DNA of 64,000 nucleotides from a bacterium (GTDB lineage Bacteria; UBA8248), in contig OZ253442.1 of assembly GCA_965261085.1 (NCBI GenBank), positions 1,568,001 to 1,632,000 on the forward strand, written 5' to 3'. The notes below the pieces were generated by a model. That model was given only the letters and a program-made list of their open reading frames with translations. It searched no databases and was not told where the DNA came from. Position numbers and translations under genes: made by a program. Below, one piece after another: positions 31,529-40,727 of the stretch (position 1 is its first letter; each line of letters begins with the position of its first letter).

Positions 31529-31750
31529 TTAAGATTCATCGCTCTGTGTATTCTCGCCGTCGCCTTGGGAACCATCGCTGCTACTTGCGTTGCCACCGGA
31601 TTGTTCTACTTCTTGTCCCCCACCTTCTCCGTCACTATCCAAGGTATCAGTGTGATGACTTGTAGGAGTCGCCGCATCCTTAATTAAACGTTCTTGAGAC
31701 CTAATGGGTGCAGATAACTCCTGTGGCTCTTTGTTGTCTTCGCCCGTCAT
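31529..31750 (-). CDS. Small acidic hypothetical peptide (73 aa)
   Basis: GAAGGAG RBS; paralogous motifs with 31182..31439. Confidence 0.55.
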   Translation of the reverse strand: MTGEDNKEPQELSAPIRSQERLIKDAATPTSHHTDTLDSDGEGGGQEVEQSGGNASSSDGSQGDGENTQSDES

Positions 31751-31905
31751 GGTGTTTGCTCCTTCTCATCTGCGTTCTGAATGTTGAAGAACCCCGCTTA
31801 GAGCATCATATTATCATTTCCAGATTCATCTTGAGCAACTCCGCTAGCGCATCCTCTTCGGAAATGCCAGTGAACTGGCCGTAGGGACACTACGGTCTTC
31901 CCCCC

Positions 31906-32991
31906 CTATATCTCCTCAAGCAACTCTTTCCAGCGTTGTCTGTTGCTCGGCTGCGTGCCGTATTCGTCCAACTGCTTGCCGACGTTTCCCAGAAAATCTT
32001 TTCTGCCGGGTTCGCCGGTGAGGCAGAGGCCGACCCTGACGAGTTCATCGATGGAAAGACGATAAAGATTCGTGCCCGACGCCCATGTCTTGGCGAACAA
32101 ATCGGCAATTTCTTCTTTTTCGGGTGGATTCGCGCCGGGCGCATTGAACAGCAACTCGCGTAAGGAGGCCTTTCGCGCTTTAAACACCGCGCTTCTCACG
32201 TCCGCAAGCGTCACGTTTCTTTCCTTCACCTCTATTGCGAGTCTCAATTCTCCGTCGCCGCCGATGCACTCGATATCTCCGGCCATACCCGTCGCTTGAT
32301 CGGCAGCGTTTATCGCGTGGCGCTTCACCTCCCTGTAAATTCCAAAATACCTGCCGAACGTCTCGAACAAGGCCGCCGCAACGGAAAGCCCCCGGTCGCC
32401 TCCGCTGCTTTCGGACAAAAATTCACCGATGAGCTTTTCCGTCTGCTCGATGCTCACTCTCTCCGGCACGATGTATTCGAAAACGAGTTCGGCGAATTTC
32501 CCGTGAATGCTCCGTAACGTCTGCGACATGCGCAGGCGCGCGTATTCTTGCGAACCTCGCCGTTCGACCTCATCCAGAACCCGATACAGTAAAACCCACT
32601 CTTCTTTTCCTTTGACGTTTTGGGGATTTTCTTCAAGGCGCGCCTTGCGGAGGGGCTTGCTTACATACGGGTCAGGGCTCGTACCCAAGACGGACTGGTT
32701 TTCCGCTGACCATGGAACGATTACTTTGTTTGAAAAACTTCTGGGGTCCCACTGCGAATCGGAATCGCCACTGCCCTTTTGCAGGCAAAGGCAATCCAGC
32801 TTGGGGTCGGTGAGTTTTCCGAGCAACTGGGTCGGCAAACAATATCGAATCGAAACAAAGCGGCTGCCGACGAGTTTGGCGATATCCTGGTTTATTTCCC
32901 CACTTTCTTCTTGAGTTACTATTTCCCAAAGTTCATCCAGCAACTCACGCGCCGATTCAACATCCGGGGAGATTTTCTTCTCCGCCACCAT
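31906..32991 (-). CDS. SacI-family-like restriction endonuclease
   Basis: PTQLLGK, DPRS, LGTSPDPYVSKP, and AADQATGMAGDIEC...AIEVKE (PD-(D/E)xK); overlaps the MTase gene. Confidence 0.75.
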   Translation of the reverse strand: MVAEKKISPDVESARELLDELWEIVTQEESGEINQDIAKLVGSRFVSIRYCLPTQLLGKLTDPKLDCLCLQKGSGDSDSQWDPRSFSNKVIVPWSAENQSVLGTSPDPYVSKPLRKARLEENPQNVKGKEEWVLLYRVLDEVERRGSQEYARLRMSQTLRSIHGKFAELVFEYIVPERVSIEQTEKLIGEFLSESSGGDRGLSVAAALFETFGRYFGIYREVKRHAINAADQATGMAGDIECIGGDGELRLAIEVKERNVTLADVRSAVFKARKASLRELLFNAPGANPPEKEEIADLFAKTWASGTNLYRLSIDELVRVGLCLTGEPGRKDFLGNVGKQLDEYGTQPSNRQRWKELLEEI

Positions 32992-33931
32992 TATCTCCCG
33001 GATGAAAGTTCAACCACAAAGATTCCTGTCTTTGCCCCTTCGATGAATTACACGTCTTGGTCGGCGCATCGATTCTCACCCAATCGGCGAACAGCCTGTC
33101 GTAGAGAGCTGTCCTGTACCCCGATACGACGGCCCTGCCGCGAATGGAATGCAGCATATCGGCGAGCTCCGCGTGTTCCTCGTCCGTCATCTCGTATCCA
33201 TAGGCATTGGAATCGTTGCGGCTTTCGTGCACATACGGGGGGTCCATGTAAAACAACGTATCTTCCGTGTCGTAGCGTTCGATGAGTTCCAACGCGGGGA
33301 CATTTTCAATCTGCACCCGCAGAAGTCGCTGGACTATCTCAGGCAGCCCGTCGATGGCGCCTAGCCAGCGCGAAACCGCTCCGGCCATACCCGCCCGGGA
33401 GGTGAGCACGCAATGGGCCCAGCGACCCTCGCTGCTCGTTTGGGCCAAGCCGGTGCGCGTTTGTCTGGCTCTTACATAAAACCTTCTCGCCCTTTCCAGA
33501 CTGGGCAAGTCGGGTTCGAAACGACACGCCTTGACGAGTTCTTCCCGTGAAAACGGCGTGAGGCTGATCGCCTTGATCAGTTCCTCCCCGTGGTTCCTCA
33601 ATGTTTCGAAGAAATTGACCAGTTCCGAATCGAGGTCGTTGTATGTTTCCACCAAACTGGGTTTTCGGTTGATCAAAATCGCCGCCGATCCGCCGTATAC
33701 ATCACAAAAATGCACGGCGTCGTCCGGCAAATGCGGCAAAATGAAATCGAGGTGCGAGAATTTTCCGCCATACCAGCCAAAGGCGATCATCTTCTTCCGC
33801 CTTCGGCTCGCGTTCTTCACTATCCGCCTGCGGTTAATCGACCTTTGCATTTCATGTCCTTTTGACCCATTTGCTTCTGTGGGTACACTAGTAGCCTCAA
33901 CAGACGTCATTTCGCTCTGTTTCGCTCTCAA
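32957..33931 (-). CDS. Dam-like (D12, alpha-class) DNA adenine methyltransferase; start uncertain
   Basis: WYGGK, DVYGGSAA, YNDLD and YMDPPY. Confidence 0.9.
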   Translation of the reverse strand: MRAKQSEMTSVEATSVPTEANGSKGHEMQRSINRRRIVKNASRRRKKMIAFGWYGGKFSHLDFILPHLPDDAVHFCDVYGGSAAILINRKPSLVETYNDLDSELVNFFETLRNHGEELIKAISLTPFSREELVKACRFEPDLPSLERARRFYVRARQTRTGLAQTSSEGRWAHCVLTSRAGMAGAVSRWLGAIDGLPEIVQRLLRVQIENVPALELIERYDTEDTLFYMDPPYVHESRNDSNAYGYEMTDEEHAELADMLHSIRGRAVVSGYRTALYDRLFADWVRIDAPTKTCNSSKGQRQESLWLNFHPGDNGGGEENLPGC

Positions 33932-34036
33932 TCGGGGTCTCGTTCGGGCGTGGAATGATCCTGTTCACCCATACTAATGGGGATTTGGTTTTTCGTCAAG
34001 CATTTTCGTTAAATTATCGTCTTGTCCCCTAGCTCC

Positions 34037-34558
34037 CTAAAAAGGCAGCCAGCCGAATCCTGTAATGAATCCCCGGAGATAGCAAATTTGTCCGCCGTGC
34101 TGGATGTTGTCGGCGGCCACCCTGCCCAGATAGTCCCCGATTTTGATGGTCTGGCCCATCGTGGCGGAGATTTCCTTGTCCAGATCCTCGGGCGAGAGGT
34201 TCTCCAGCACCGAAGACGCACGCGCCCGAACGGCGTCGGCGTAGCCAAGCAGGTTTTCTTTCTTGCACTCGAGGCTTATCACTTGTTCGAGTGAATCCCC
34301 AAAGCCCATTTGCCCCGGGTTCGGTTCCATGCCGAATTTCTCGTGCCACTTATCTGAAATCCAGAACTGCTCCTGGCCTGAGGCGTCCGCAAAGGCGATG
34401 TCCTCGACCCTCGTCTTGTGCCAGATCAGCCAGCCGATGGTGTTGTCCTGATCGCTCGGCCGCTTGATGAGGTCCGCATCCTCCAGCCCCTCCAGGGCCC
34501 GCCTGACGAGGCTGTCGCTCATCTCCAGCATGCCGGAAAGTATTTTTGCGCCGTTCAT
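34037..34558 (-). CDS. DinB/YfiT-family protein
   Basis: NTIGWLIWH and C-terminal QHGGQICYLRG. Confidence 0.8.
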   Translation of the reverse strand: MNGAKILSGMLEMSDSLVRRALEGLEDADLIKRPSDQDNTIGWLIWHKTRVEDIAFADASGQEQFWISDKWHEKFGMEPNPGQMGFGDSLEQVISLECKKENLLGYADAVRARASSVLENLSPEDLDKEISATMGQTIKIGDYLGRVAADNIQHGGQICYLRGFITGFGWLPF

Positions 34559-34753
34559 GAAAAACTCCCCTTTTCGAGTAGTGCGCCTGATGAATTTCAT
34601 AACAAACCGTATGCGCAGGCATATTCCTCTTGCGCTCCGCCGTCAAGGTTGCATGGGAGTGGATTTGCGCTCGTCCGCCTTGTCGGGGAGCAGGATATGG
34701 GCCATGCTTGCGGGTGTTCGCCTTGCCGCCCGAGGACCGAGACGGGTGAGTTC

Positions 34754-35470
34754 ATGAAATCGTTTTTGTACCGGCCCCTGGCCTGGATGATCGCCATATT
34801 CATGCTGCCCGCCTGTTGGGCGGCGGCGTTTTCGTTCGGAATAAACCTCCCGGCTGCTTTTCTCACAGGCGGCGCGGGCTCGTTTATGCCTGCGCCGGAG
34901 GGCTGGGCCTTCATCGCGGGCGTTATCGCATACGCCCTCTGGCATCGCTTGCGTCCCCCTGAGTTTCTCTACGCCTTCGTCCATGAGTTCACGCATATGG
35001 CCTTCGCCCTGCTCACTGGCAAGAAGGTGAGTTCCTTTGAAGTCAACCGGGGGAGCGGGAAGGTGGGCTTGAGCGGAACGAACCCCGTCATCACCCTGGC
35101 GCCTTATTTCTTCCCGCTTCTGACGATCGTGGTCCTGCTTCTGGGCGCGACGCTCGACTGGATTTTTGGTTACCCGCAGATTCGCTGGGCGACGGCGTTT
35201 CTCGCCGGCCTCACGCTCTGCCTGCACGTCCTCATGACGTTCCGGGCCCTGGGCGCGTCGCAGCCCGACATTGCGCGCGGCGGGCGGGTTTTCTCCTGGG
35301 CCTTCATCTTTTTCTTCGGATTTGTCTTTATCGGAGGCGCCGCGCTCGTCTCGACGGGGGGTTGGGGGGTGGCGGCTTCATACGGCGCGTCGATTTGGCG
35401 TGAAAGCTGGAATGCGTATGCGCTGCTCTTTGGCTGGATGGAGAGAATCGCATGGGGTGTCGGCTCTTGA
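34754..35470 (+). CDS. Membrane protein with HExxH motif (peptidase M50B-like)
   Basis: FVHEFTH, TLAPYF and multiple TM segments. Confidence 0.7.
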   Translation: MKSFLYRPLAWMIAIFMLPACWAAAFSFGINLPAAFLTGGAGSFMPAPEGWAFIAGVIAYALWHRLRPPEFLYAFVHEFTHMAFALLTGKKVSSFEVNRGSGKVGLSGTNPVITLAPYFFPLLTIVVLLLGATLDWIFGYPQIRWATAFLAGLTLCLHVLMTFRALGASQPDIARGGRVFSWAFIFFFGFVFIGGAALVSTGGWGVAASYGASIWRESWNAYALLFGWMERIAWGVGS

Positions 35471-36084
35471 AACGCAAGGTTTTCGCACCGAGGTTTCGAT
35501 ATTGCTTGATGGTGATATCACTCCTCGTGGTTTCATCCTGCGCCTATGAGGTATCGACGATACAGGGCGTCGCCAGGCCGGGGAAAATACGAACGCTCGA
35601 GCGCATCGCCGTCGCCCCTTTTCACTATCCGAGTGACTGGACGGGACTTTTCCGGGACGTCTACGCGCAGGCGGGGCTCAAGGCGCCCGAGGGGAAGAAA
35701 ATCGAGTTGATCCAGGGCGCCTTTCTGGTTCGAGACGCCCTCAGCGCCAAGGGGTATATAGTTCTTCGCTGGCCGAAGGAACTCGAAAAAACAAAAGCGG
35801 ACGATTTGCTGAACGCGGAAGGCGAAATCGCGGGCGCCCATTTGGAGAGGTTGAGAGATTCGGGCGCGCAGGCGGTGGTGTTGGCCCGTGGCGGCCGCAC
35901 CTGCGCAGACGTCGAAGTGTGTACGGCGAGGGTCGAAATACGCCTGCTGGACTTAGGCTCCCAAGAGGAGTTGTGGGAATCAGAAGCCGGCGCAACGACG
36001 GCGCTATCCCAGGGAGATGAGATGAAAGCCGCCGTTTCCGAGGCGCTCGACGAATTTCCCAGGCAATCGTCCGATTCGGGTTGA
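35452..36084 (+). CDS. Putative lipoprotein
   Basis: Hydrophobic segment ending in VSSC; RIAVAPF...RLLDLGSQEELW pattern. Start uncertain. Confidence 0.6.
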   Translation: MGCRLLKRKVFAPRFRYCLMVISLLVVSSCAYEVSTIQGVARPGKIRTLERIAVAPFHYPSDWTGLFRDVYAQAGLKAPEGKKIELIQGAFLVRDALSAKGYIVLRWPKELEKTKADDLLNAEGEIAGAHLERLRDSGAQAVVLARGGRTCADVEVCTARVEIRLLDLGSQEELWESEAGATTALSQGDEMKAAVSEALDEFPRQSSDSG

Positions 36085-36128
36085 ACCAGGAAAATTCCGT
36101 CCATATAGCCAATCCCACCCATGACGAT

Positions 36129-36165
36129 TTGTCGTTTTGCCGGGCATAGTGTGACAAAATGACAA
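36129..36165. promoter_or_regulatory. Putative enhancer (bEBP upstream activating sequence)
   Basis: Inverted repeat TTGTCGTTTTG-N15-CAAAATGACAA (10/11 match), centred about 107 bp upstream of the predicted sigma54 start. Confidence 0.6.
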
Positions 36166-36227
36166 TTTTACCAATCGTATTAATTCTTATCTCATTGATA
36201 AATAATGAGTTTTTTGTTTTTGATAAA

Positions 36228-36243
36228 TGGCACGGCACTTGCA
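36228..36243 (+). promoter_or_regulatory. sigma54 (-24/-12) promoter
   Basis: TGGCACGGCACTTGCA matches TGGCACG-N4-TTGCW; preceded by an AT-rich tract. Confidence 0.85.
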
Positions 36244-36253
36244 TATTATATGA

Positions 36254-36408
36254 GCAGTGCTAGTCGCGGCGTTCTTAGGCGGCACGCCTCGGTTAGCCGG
36301 CGCGGGGAGTAGCTGATTGGGTCGGCGCTCCTCCGCCACGCAATTATCCATCTCGCGTCTTTTACCCCTCGCGAGAGCCTCCTCCCCGCAAGGGGAGGAG
36401 GTTTTTTT
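36254..36408 (+). ncRNA. Candidate sigma54-dependent small RNA (~155 nt)
   Basis: Lies between the sigma54 promoter and a strong terminator, has several hairpins, and has no RBS-led ORF. Confidence 0.6.
36378..36408 (+). terminator. Rho-independent terminator
   Basis: CCTCCTCCCC-GCAA-GGGGAGGAGG followed by T7. Confidence 0.9.
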
Positions 36409-36555
36409 ATTCGTCCGTTTTTCTCGGGTGTAATTTCCCCCTGCATGGTTTTCAAGCGGGCGATATTGGTTTATGGTGCTTTTCGTATGCAATCATGCGG
36501 TGTCTAGTCTGCAGGATGCCGAGAATTCACCCATTCAGGAAATGAGGAGTCGAAA

Positions 36556-37554
36556 ATGGCTACGGGTAAAGTGCGTCTCGCCTCTGTCGGGCTTGGCTGG
36601 TGGGGCGGTGTTCTGGTGGACGCCGTGAACCGCGGTGGTTCCGGCGAAGTGGTTTCGGGTTTCGCGCGCAGCGAGGATGCCCGAAAAGCGTTTTCGGAGA
36701 AATTCGGCTGCCGGACGGCGGACAGCCTGGACGATCTCTGGAACGACCCGGAGGTGGAGGGCGTCATCGTCGCGACGCCTCATTCGACGCATCTGGATAT
36801 AATTTCCGCGGCCGCGTCGGCGGGTAAGCATGTTTTTGTCGAAAAACCACTCACCCTGACCGTCGATGAAGCCAAAAAGGCGATCGAGGCGACTTCGAGC
36901 GCGAATGTCACCCTGCAGATAGGACATCACCGCCGCCGCCTCGGCGCGAACCGCAAGATCAGGGAGATGATAGACAGCGGCGAGTTGGGCGTGTTGCATC
37001 AACTGGAAGCCAACCTCTCGCTCCCCATGGGGTTCGAACCCAAGCAGGGCTGGCGCAACGACCCGGCGGAATGCCCCGCGGGCTCGATGACGGGCTTGGG
37101 CGTCCACATGATCGACAACCTCCAGTATCTGGCCGGCCCCGCGAAAAAGGTGGCCGCGTTCAGCAAGAAGGTGCTGGGCAAAACGAACCTGGACGACACG
37201 ACGAGCATCATCATCGAATATGAAAACGGCCCGCTGGGCTATATCGGGTCCACCTTCGTTATTCCCAAAATCTGCGACACTGCGGCTTTCGGGACGAAGA
37301 TGAGAGCCTATAGCGAAGAGGAAGGCGGAAAACTCTACGTGGCGAAAGTCGGCGAGGAGGCCCGGACGGAGGTTGACGTCGTGGGTGGAGACGCCCTGGC
37401 GGATGAGATGAATGAATTCTGCAGGTGCACCCGGGGCGAGGCGACTCCCGAAACGGGCGGGCCCGAGGGGCTCGAAGTCGTCGCCGTCCTCGAGGCGGTC
37501 GTGCAGAGCGCGACCACGGGTCAGGTGGTGGATGTCGCATCCCTTCGCGGATAG
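36556..37554 (+). CDS. Gfo/Idh/MocA-family oxidoreductase
   Basis: VGLGWWG, GKHVFVEKPL and GVHMID. Confidence 0.92.
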   Translation: MATGKVRLASVGLGWWGGVLVDAVNRGGSGEVVSGFARSEDARKAFSEKFGCRTADSLDDLWNDPEVEGVIVATPHSTHLDIISAAASAGKHVFVEKPLTLTVDEAKKAIEATSSANVTLQIGHHRRRLGANRKIREMIDSGELGVLHQLEANLSLPMGFEPKQGWRNDPAECPAGSMTGLGVHMIDNLQYLAGPAKKVAAFSKKVLGKTNLDDTTSIIIEYENGPLGYIGSTFVIPKICDTAAFGTKMRAYSEEEGGKLYVAKVGEEARTEVDVVGGDALADEMNEFCRCTRGEATPETGGPEGLEVVAVLEAVVQSATTGQVVDVASLRG

Positions 37555-37581
37555 CTTGCGAGTCTTATTCTGGAGGAAAAG

Positions 37582-39828
37582 ATGGTTCAGATGACGCATG
37601 TCGGCACGTCGCCGACGAAAGACGACGCTTTGGCGAAAGCAGTCGGCGATACCGTTTACGGCGATGATTTCCATTTGCCGGGCGAGATATACGGGCGAGT
37701 CGTACGCGCCTCGATGACGCCGGCGAAGATCAAGGAGATAGACGCGAGCGCGGCGCTCGCCCTGCCGGGCGTGCACTGTGTTTTGACCGCAAAGGACATT
37801 CCCGGGAAAAACGAGGGCCGCTATCCCGATTTCCCGGTGCTGGCCGAAGATGTTGTGGCGGACATCGGCGACGCCGTGGCCCTGGTGGCCGCCGACACCC
37901 GTGATCTGGCCGAAGAAGCGGCCTCGCTCGTGCGCGTCGCCTACGAGCCGTTGCCCGGGGCGTACGACTTCGCCGGCCTCGAGGAGGGCGAGGTGGTCTG
38001 CGACTGGAAGACCGACAAGGGAGACGTGGAGGCCGGCTTTGCGGCGGCGTACGTGGTCGTTGAGAACACCTATTTCTCCGCCTGTCTGGATCACGCCTTC
38101 ATCGAGCCCGAAGGCGGCGTGGCCTGGGTGGACGAGCGCGGGGTGGTGAACATCCGCGTGCCCACCCAGATGATCGAGAACTACCAGAACGTGGCGAGGA
38201 CGCTTGATTTGCCGCTCAGCCGTGTCCGCTACGAGTGCCCGATGCTGGGCGGCGCCTTCGGCGGCAAGGAGCACCCGCTGCTGGGCGCCTTCATGGCGCT
38301 TCTGGCGATCAGGACGGGGCGGCCCGTGCGCATGGCCTACTCGCGCGAGGAGACCATGAACACCGGCAGCAAGAAGCACCCCTTCCTCATGAAGTACAAA
38401 ACCGGCGTAACGAAGGACGGAAAGCTCACCGCGATAGAAGTCGACATCATCGGCGATGCGGGCGGGTATGCAGCCAACAGCAAGGGCCTGCTCCTGGGGG
38501 CGCTCGTGGTGAGCGGAGGCCCCTATGATATCCCCAACGCCCGGGGCCGCGCGCGCGCCGTCAAGACGAACAACCCCTTCACCGAGGCGATGCGCGGCGT
38601 GGGCGCGAACCAGGTGTGCTTCGCCTATGAGGCGCAGATGGATGAACTCGCGGCGCGCCTGGGGATGAACCCCCTGGAGTTTCGCGAGATGAACTTCATC
38701 ACCAAGGGCGAAACCCTCATGCAGAACCAGCCCGTGCCCTCCCGGGTGATGCTGCCCGAACTGGCGGCGGAGACCAAGAGGCTCATCGGCCGCCCGGCGG
38801 GCCGCGTCCCAGAGAAGGACCACGGCCCCTGGCGCGTGGGCGTCGGGGTCGTCGCGAACATGGGCGGATACGGCAGGCCCAGGAACGAGGGCGAGGTCTA
38901 TGTGTCCATCGACGAGGACGGCAGCGTGAGCGTGCGCACCGGCGCCTCGGACGTGGGCGCGGGCCAGACCCAGACGAATCGCCAGATTGCCGCCGAAGCC
39001 TTAGGGATCGCACTGGATGACGTGACGGTGACGATGTCGGATTCCCACGTCACCCCGCTCGTTGGGGTTACGGCCGGCAGCCGCCAGACGATGATTTCGG
39101 GCGGTTCGTGCTACCGCGCGTCAAGCGAACTGAGGGATAGAATCCTGAAAGGCGCCGCCGAGTTGCTCGAAGCGGATCCTGAGGATCTGGATATTCAAGG
39201 CGGAAGAGTTTTCGTCAAGGCCGCAGAGGAGCGCGGGGTCGCCTTTGCGGAAGCCGCGGCCCAGTGCAAGAAGATGGGGGTCGACCTCCACACCGTGGGC
39301 AAGACGAAAATCGGCGTCCACGAGTTCGAGGGCCACGAGCAATACGGCGACGCGGGCGGCTGGATGGATTACGTGTTCGGGGTTCACGCGGCGGAAGTCG
39401 AGGTGAACGTCGATACGGGCGAGCTTCGCGTGCTCAACTACTGGTCGGGCCACGACGTCGGCCAGTCCATCAACGTGCAGCACGTGGAAGGACAGTTCGA
39501 GGGCGGCGCGATGATGGGCGTCGGCCACGCACTGGCCGAAGAAGTTCTGACGCAAAAGGGCGCGCTCCTGAACAACGAGTTCCACGGCTACCTCATCCCC
39601 ACCTCGGTGGATACGCCCGAGTGGGACAACGTCATCCTCGAATCCGGCGAAGGCCTCGGTCCCTACGGGGCGAAGGGAATCGGCGAGCCCCCCTGCACGG
39701 CGGGAGCCGCGGCGGTGGCCTGCGCGGCGGGCCAGGCGATAGGCGCGCGCATCACGCGCATCCCCATCACGCCGGATCACGTCATGGAGGTCCTTGGCCG
39801 CCTGCGCACCAACGGAGATCAGGCCTAG
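37582..39828 (+). CDS. Xanthine-dehydrogenase-family molybdopterin-binding large subunit
   Basis: GGAFGGK, AMRGVG, GAGQ, TAGSR and GAKGIGEP. Confidence 0.92.
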   Translation: MVQMTHVGTSPTKDDALAKAVGDTVYGDDFHLPGEIYGRVVRASMTPAKIKEIDASAALALPGVHCVLTAKDIPGKNEGRYPDFPVLAEDVVADIGDAVALVAADTRDLAEEAASLVRVAYEPLPGAYDFAGLEEGEVVCDWKTDKGDVEAGFAAAYVVVENTYFSACLDHAFIEPEGGVAWVDERGVVNIRVPTQMIENYQNVARTLDLPLSRVRYECPMLGGAFGGKEHPLLGAFMALLAIRTGRPVRMAYSREETMNTGSKKHPFLMKYKTGVTKDGKLTAIEVDIIGDAGGYAANSKGLLLGALVVSGGPYDIPNARGRARAVKTNNPFTEAMRGVGANQVCFAYEAQMDELAARLGMNPLEFREMNFITKGETLMQNQPVPSRVMLPELAAETKRLIGRPAGRVPEKDHGPWRVGVGVVANMGGYGRPRNEGEVYVSIDEDGSVSVRTGASDVGAGQTQTNRQIAAEALGIALDDVTVTMSDSHVTPLVGVTAGSRQTMISGGSCYRASSELRDRILKGAAELLEADPEDLDIQGGRVFVKAAEERGVAFAEAAAQCKKMGVDLHTVGKTKIGVHEFEGHEQYGDAGGWMDYVFGVHAAEVEVNVDTGELRVLNYWSGHDVGQSINVQHVEGQFEGGAMMGVGHALAEEVLTQKGALLNNEFHGYLIPTSVDTPEWDNVILESGEGLGPYGAKGIGEPPCTAGAAAVACAAGQAIGARITRIPITPDHVMEVLGRLRTNGDQA

Positions 39829-39862
39829 ACGAACATACCGAGCACAAGATTCTACTCGCATG

Positions 39863-39893
39863 AAGCGCCCCGCACGCGCTGCGGGGCGTTTTT
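39863..39893 (+). terminator. Rho-independent terminator
   Basis: CGCCCCGCA-cgcgc-TGCGGGGCG followed by a T-tract. Confidence 0.8.
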
Positions 39894-39989
39894 GCGTCTC
39901 AAGGCGTGTTGGTGCGGATGCCAGCGTGAGATCGTTTGTATATCTAGGACTCGGGCGCCTGCGCCATCGCCCGGTTTCCGTTTTTAGCC

Positions 39990-40120
39990 GTCATTCCGGC
40001 GAATGCCGGAATCCAGGGAATTTGCTTTTCGCCGCTATTCCCGCTCGATTAGAAAAGTAATGAAATTCCGGAATGTCTCCACCCTCATCGGTTCTGGATT
40101 CCGGCATTCGCCGGAATGAC
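39990..40120. repeat. Inverted pair of GTCATTCCGGCGAATGCCGGAATCCAG palindromes (dRS3/RPE-like style)
   Basis: Copies at 39990-40016 and 40094-40120 (reverse); further copies at about 30517, 40373 and 40488. Confidence 0.75.
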
Positions 40121-40241
40121 GAACGAAGGCTACAGGGGAGCCTCTGTGAAACGGATAAGTTGCAGAATCACTCCCTGGAGAACTGTTGTCGACCGACGAG
40201 AGTAGAGAATCACTCCCTTGAGGGTCAATCCTGACCGATGA

Positions 40242-40558
40242 GGGGCTGTTGAAAAAGTCCCGAATTCGTGATTCGGTGTATGTAGCCGACCGGGGAGGGA
40301 GGAGTGTATGGTTGGCGTTCTGCAAGGGGGGTCCGTAGGGACAGGTCACTACGAGGCGGTGCGGTTTTGTTCGTCATTCCGGCGCATGCCGGAATCCATG
40401 TGTTTTGCCTTTGTTTTTTATTTTCTGATTGGTTCCCGCCAATGACGGGGAGATGAAAAGCCGGAGTATTGTCATTCCGCTTGGGAATGGATTCCGGCTT
40501 TCGCCGGAATGACGGCGGTGGTCAATTCCGAGCGAGGAGGGGCTTTTTCAACAACCCC
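40242..40558. mobile_element. Non-autonomous IS1182-type MITE (317 bp)
   Basis: Ends GGGGCTGTTGAAAAAG and CTTTTTCAACAACCCC resemble the TIRs of the IS at 51635. Flanked by a 5-bp GATGA duplication; no transposase. Confidence 0.75.
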
Positions 40559-40727
40559 GATGAGGGAGGGATTGCGGGCGATGGGGGGGGTATTTGTAGG
40601 AGAGCGACTGCAGTTGCCGGAAGATGGGGAAGGGGGTATTTTCTCTGGCGGCCTTTCCATTAAAAGAAACAATCTCGAAATTTTGACTGGCCTTGCCCGT
40701 AGGCGGACTCAAGGGAGATTGCCCTAG

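Noticed and set aside
36250-36312. 20-aa ORF MSSASRGVLRRHASVSRRGE
   Set aside because: Its ATG lies upstream of the predicted sigma54 start site and has no SD sequence.
36254-36408. SRP RNA, 6S RNA, tmRNA or tRNA
   Set aside because: No SRP loop motif, no tRNA cloverleaf or CCA end, no tag ORF and no long 6S-like rod were seen. A sigma54 promoter is also atypical for these RNAs.
37582-39828. Aerobic CO dehydrogenase CoxL
   Set aside because: It lacks the AYxCSFR motif (has EAMRGVG instead) and has no coxMS neighbours.
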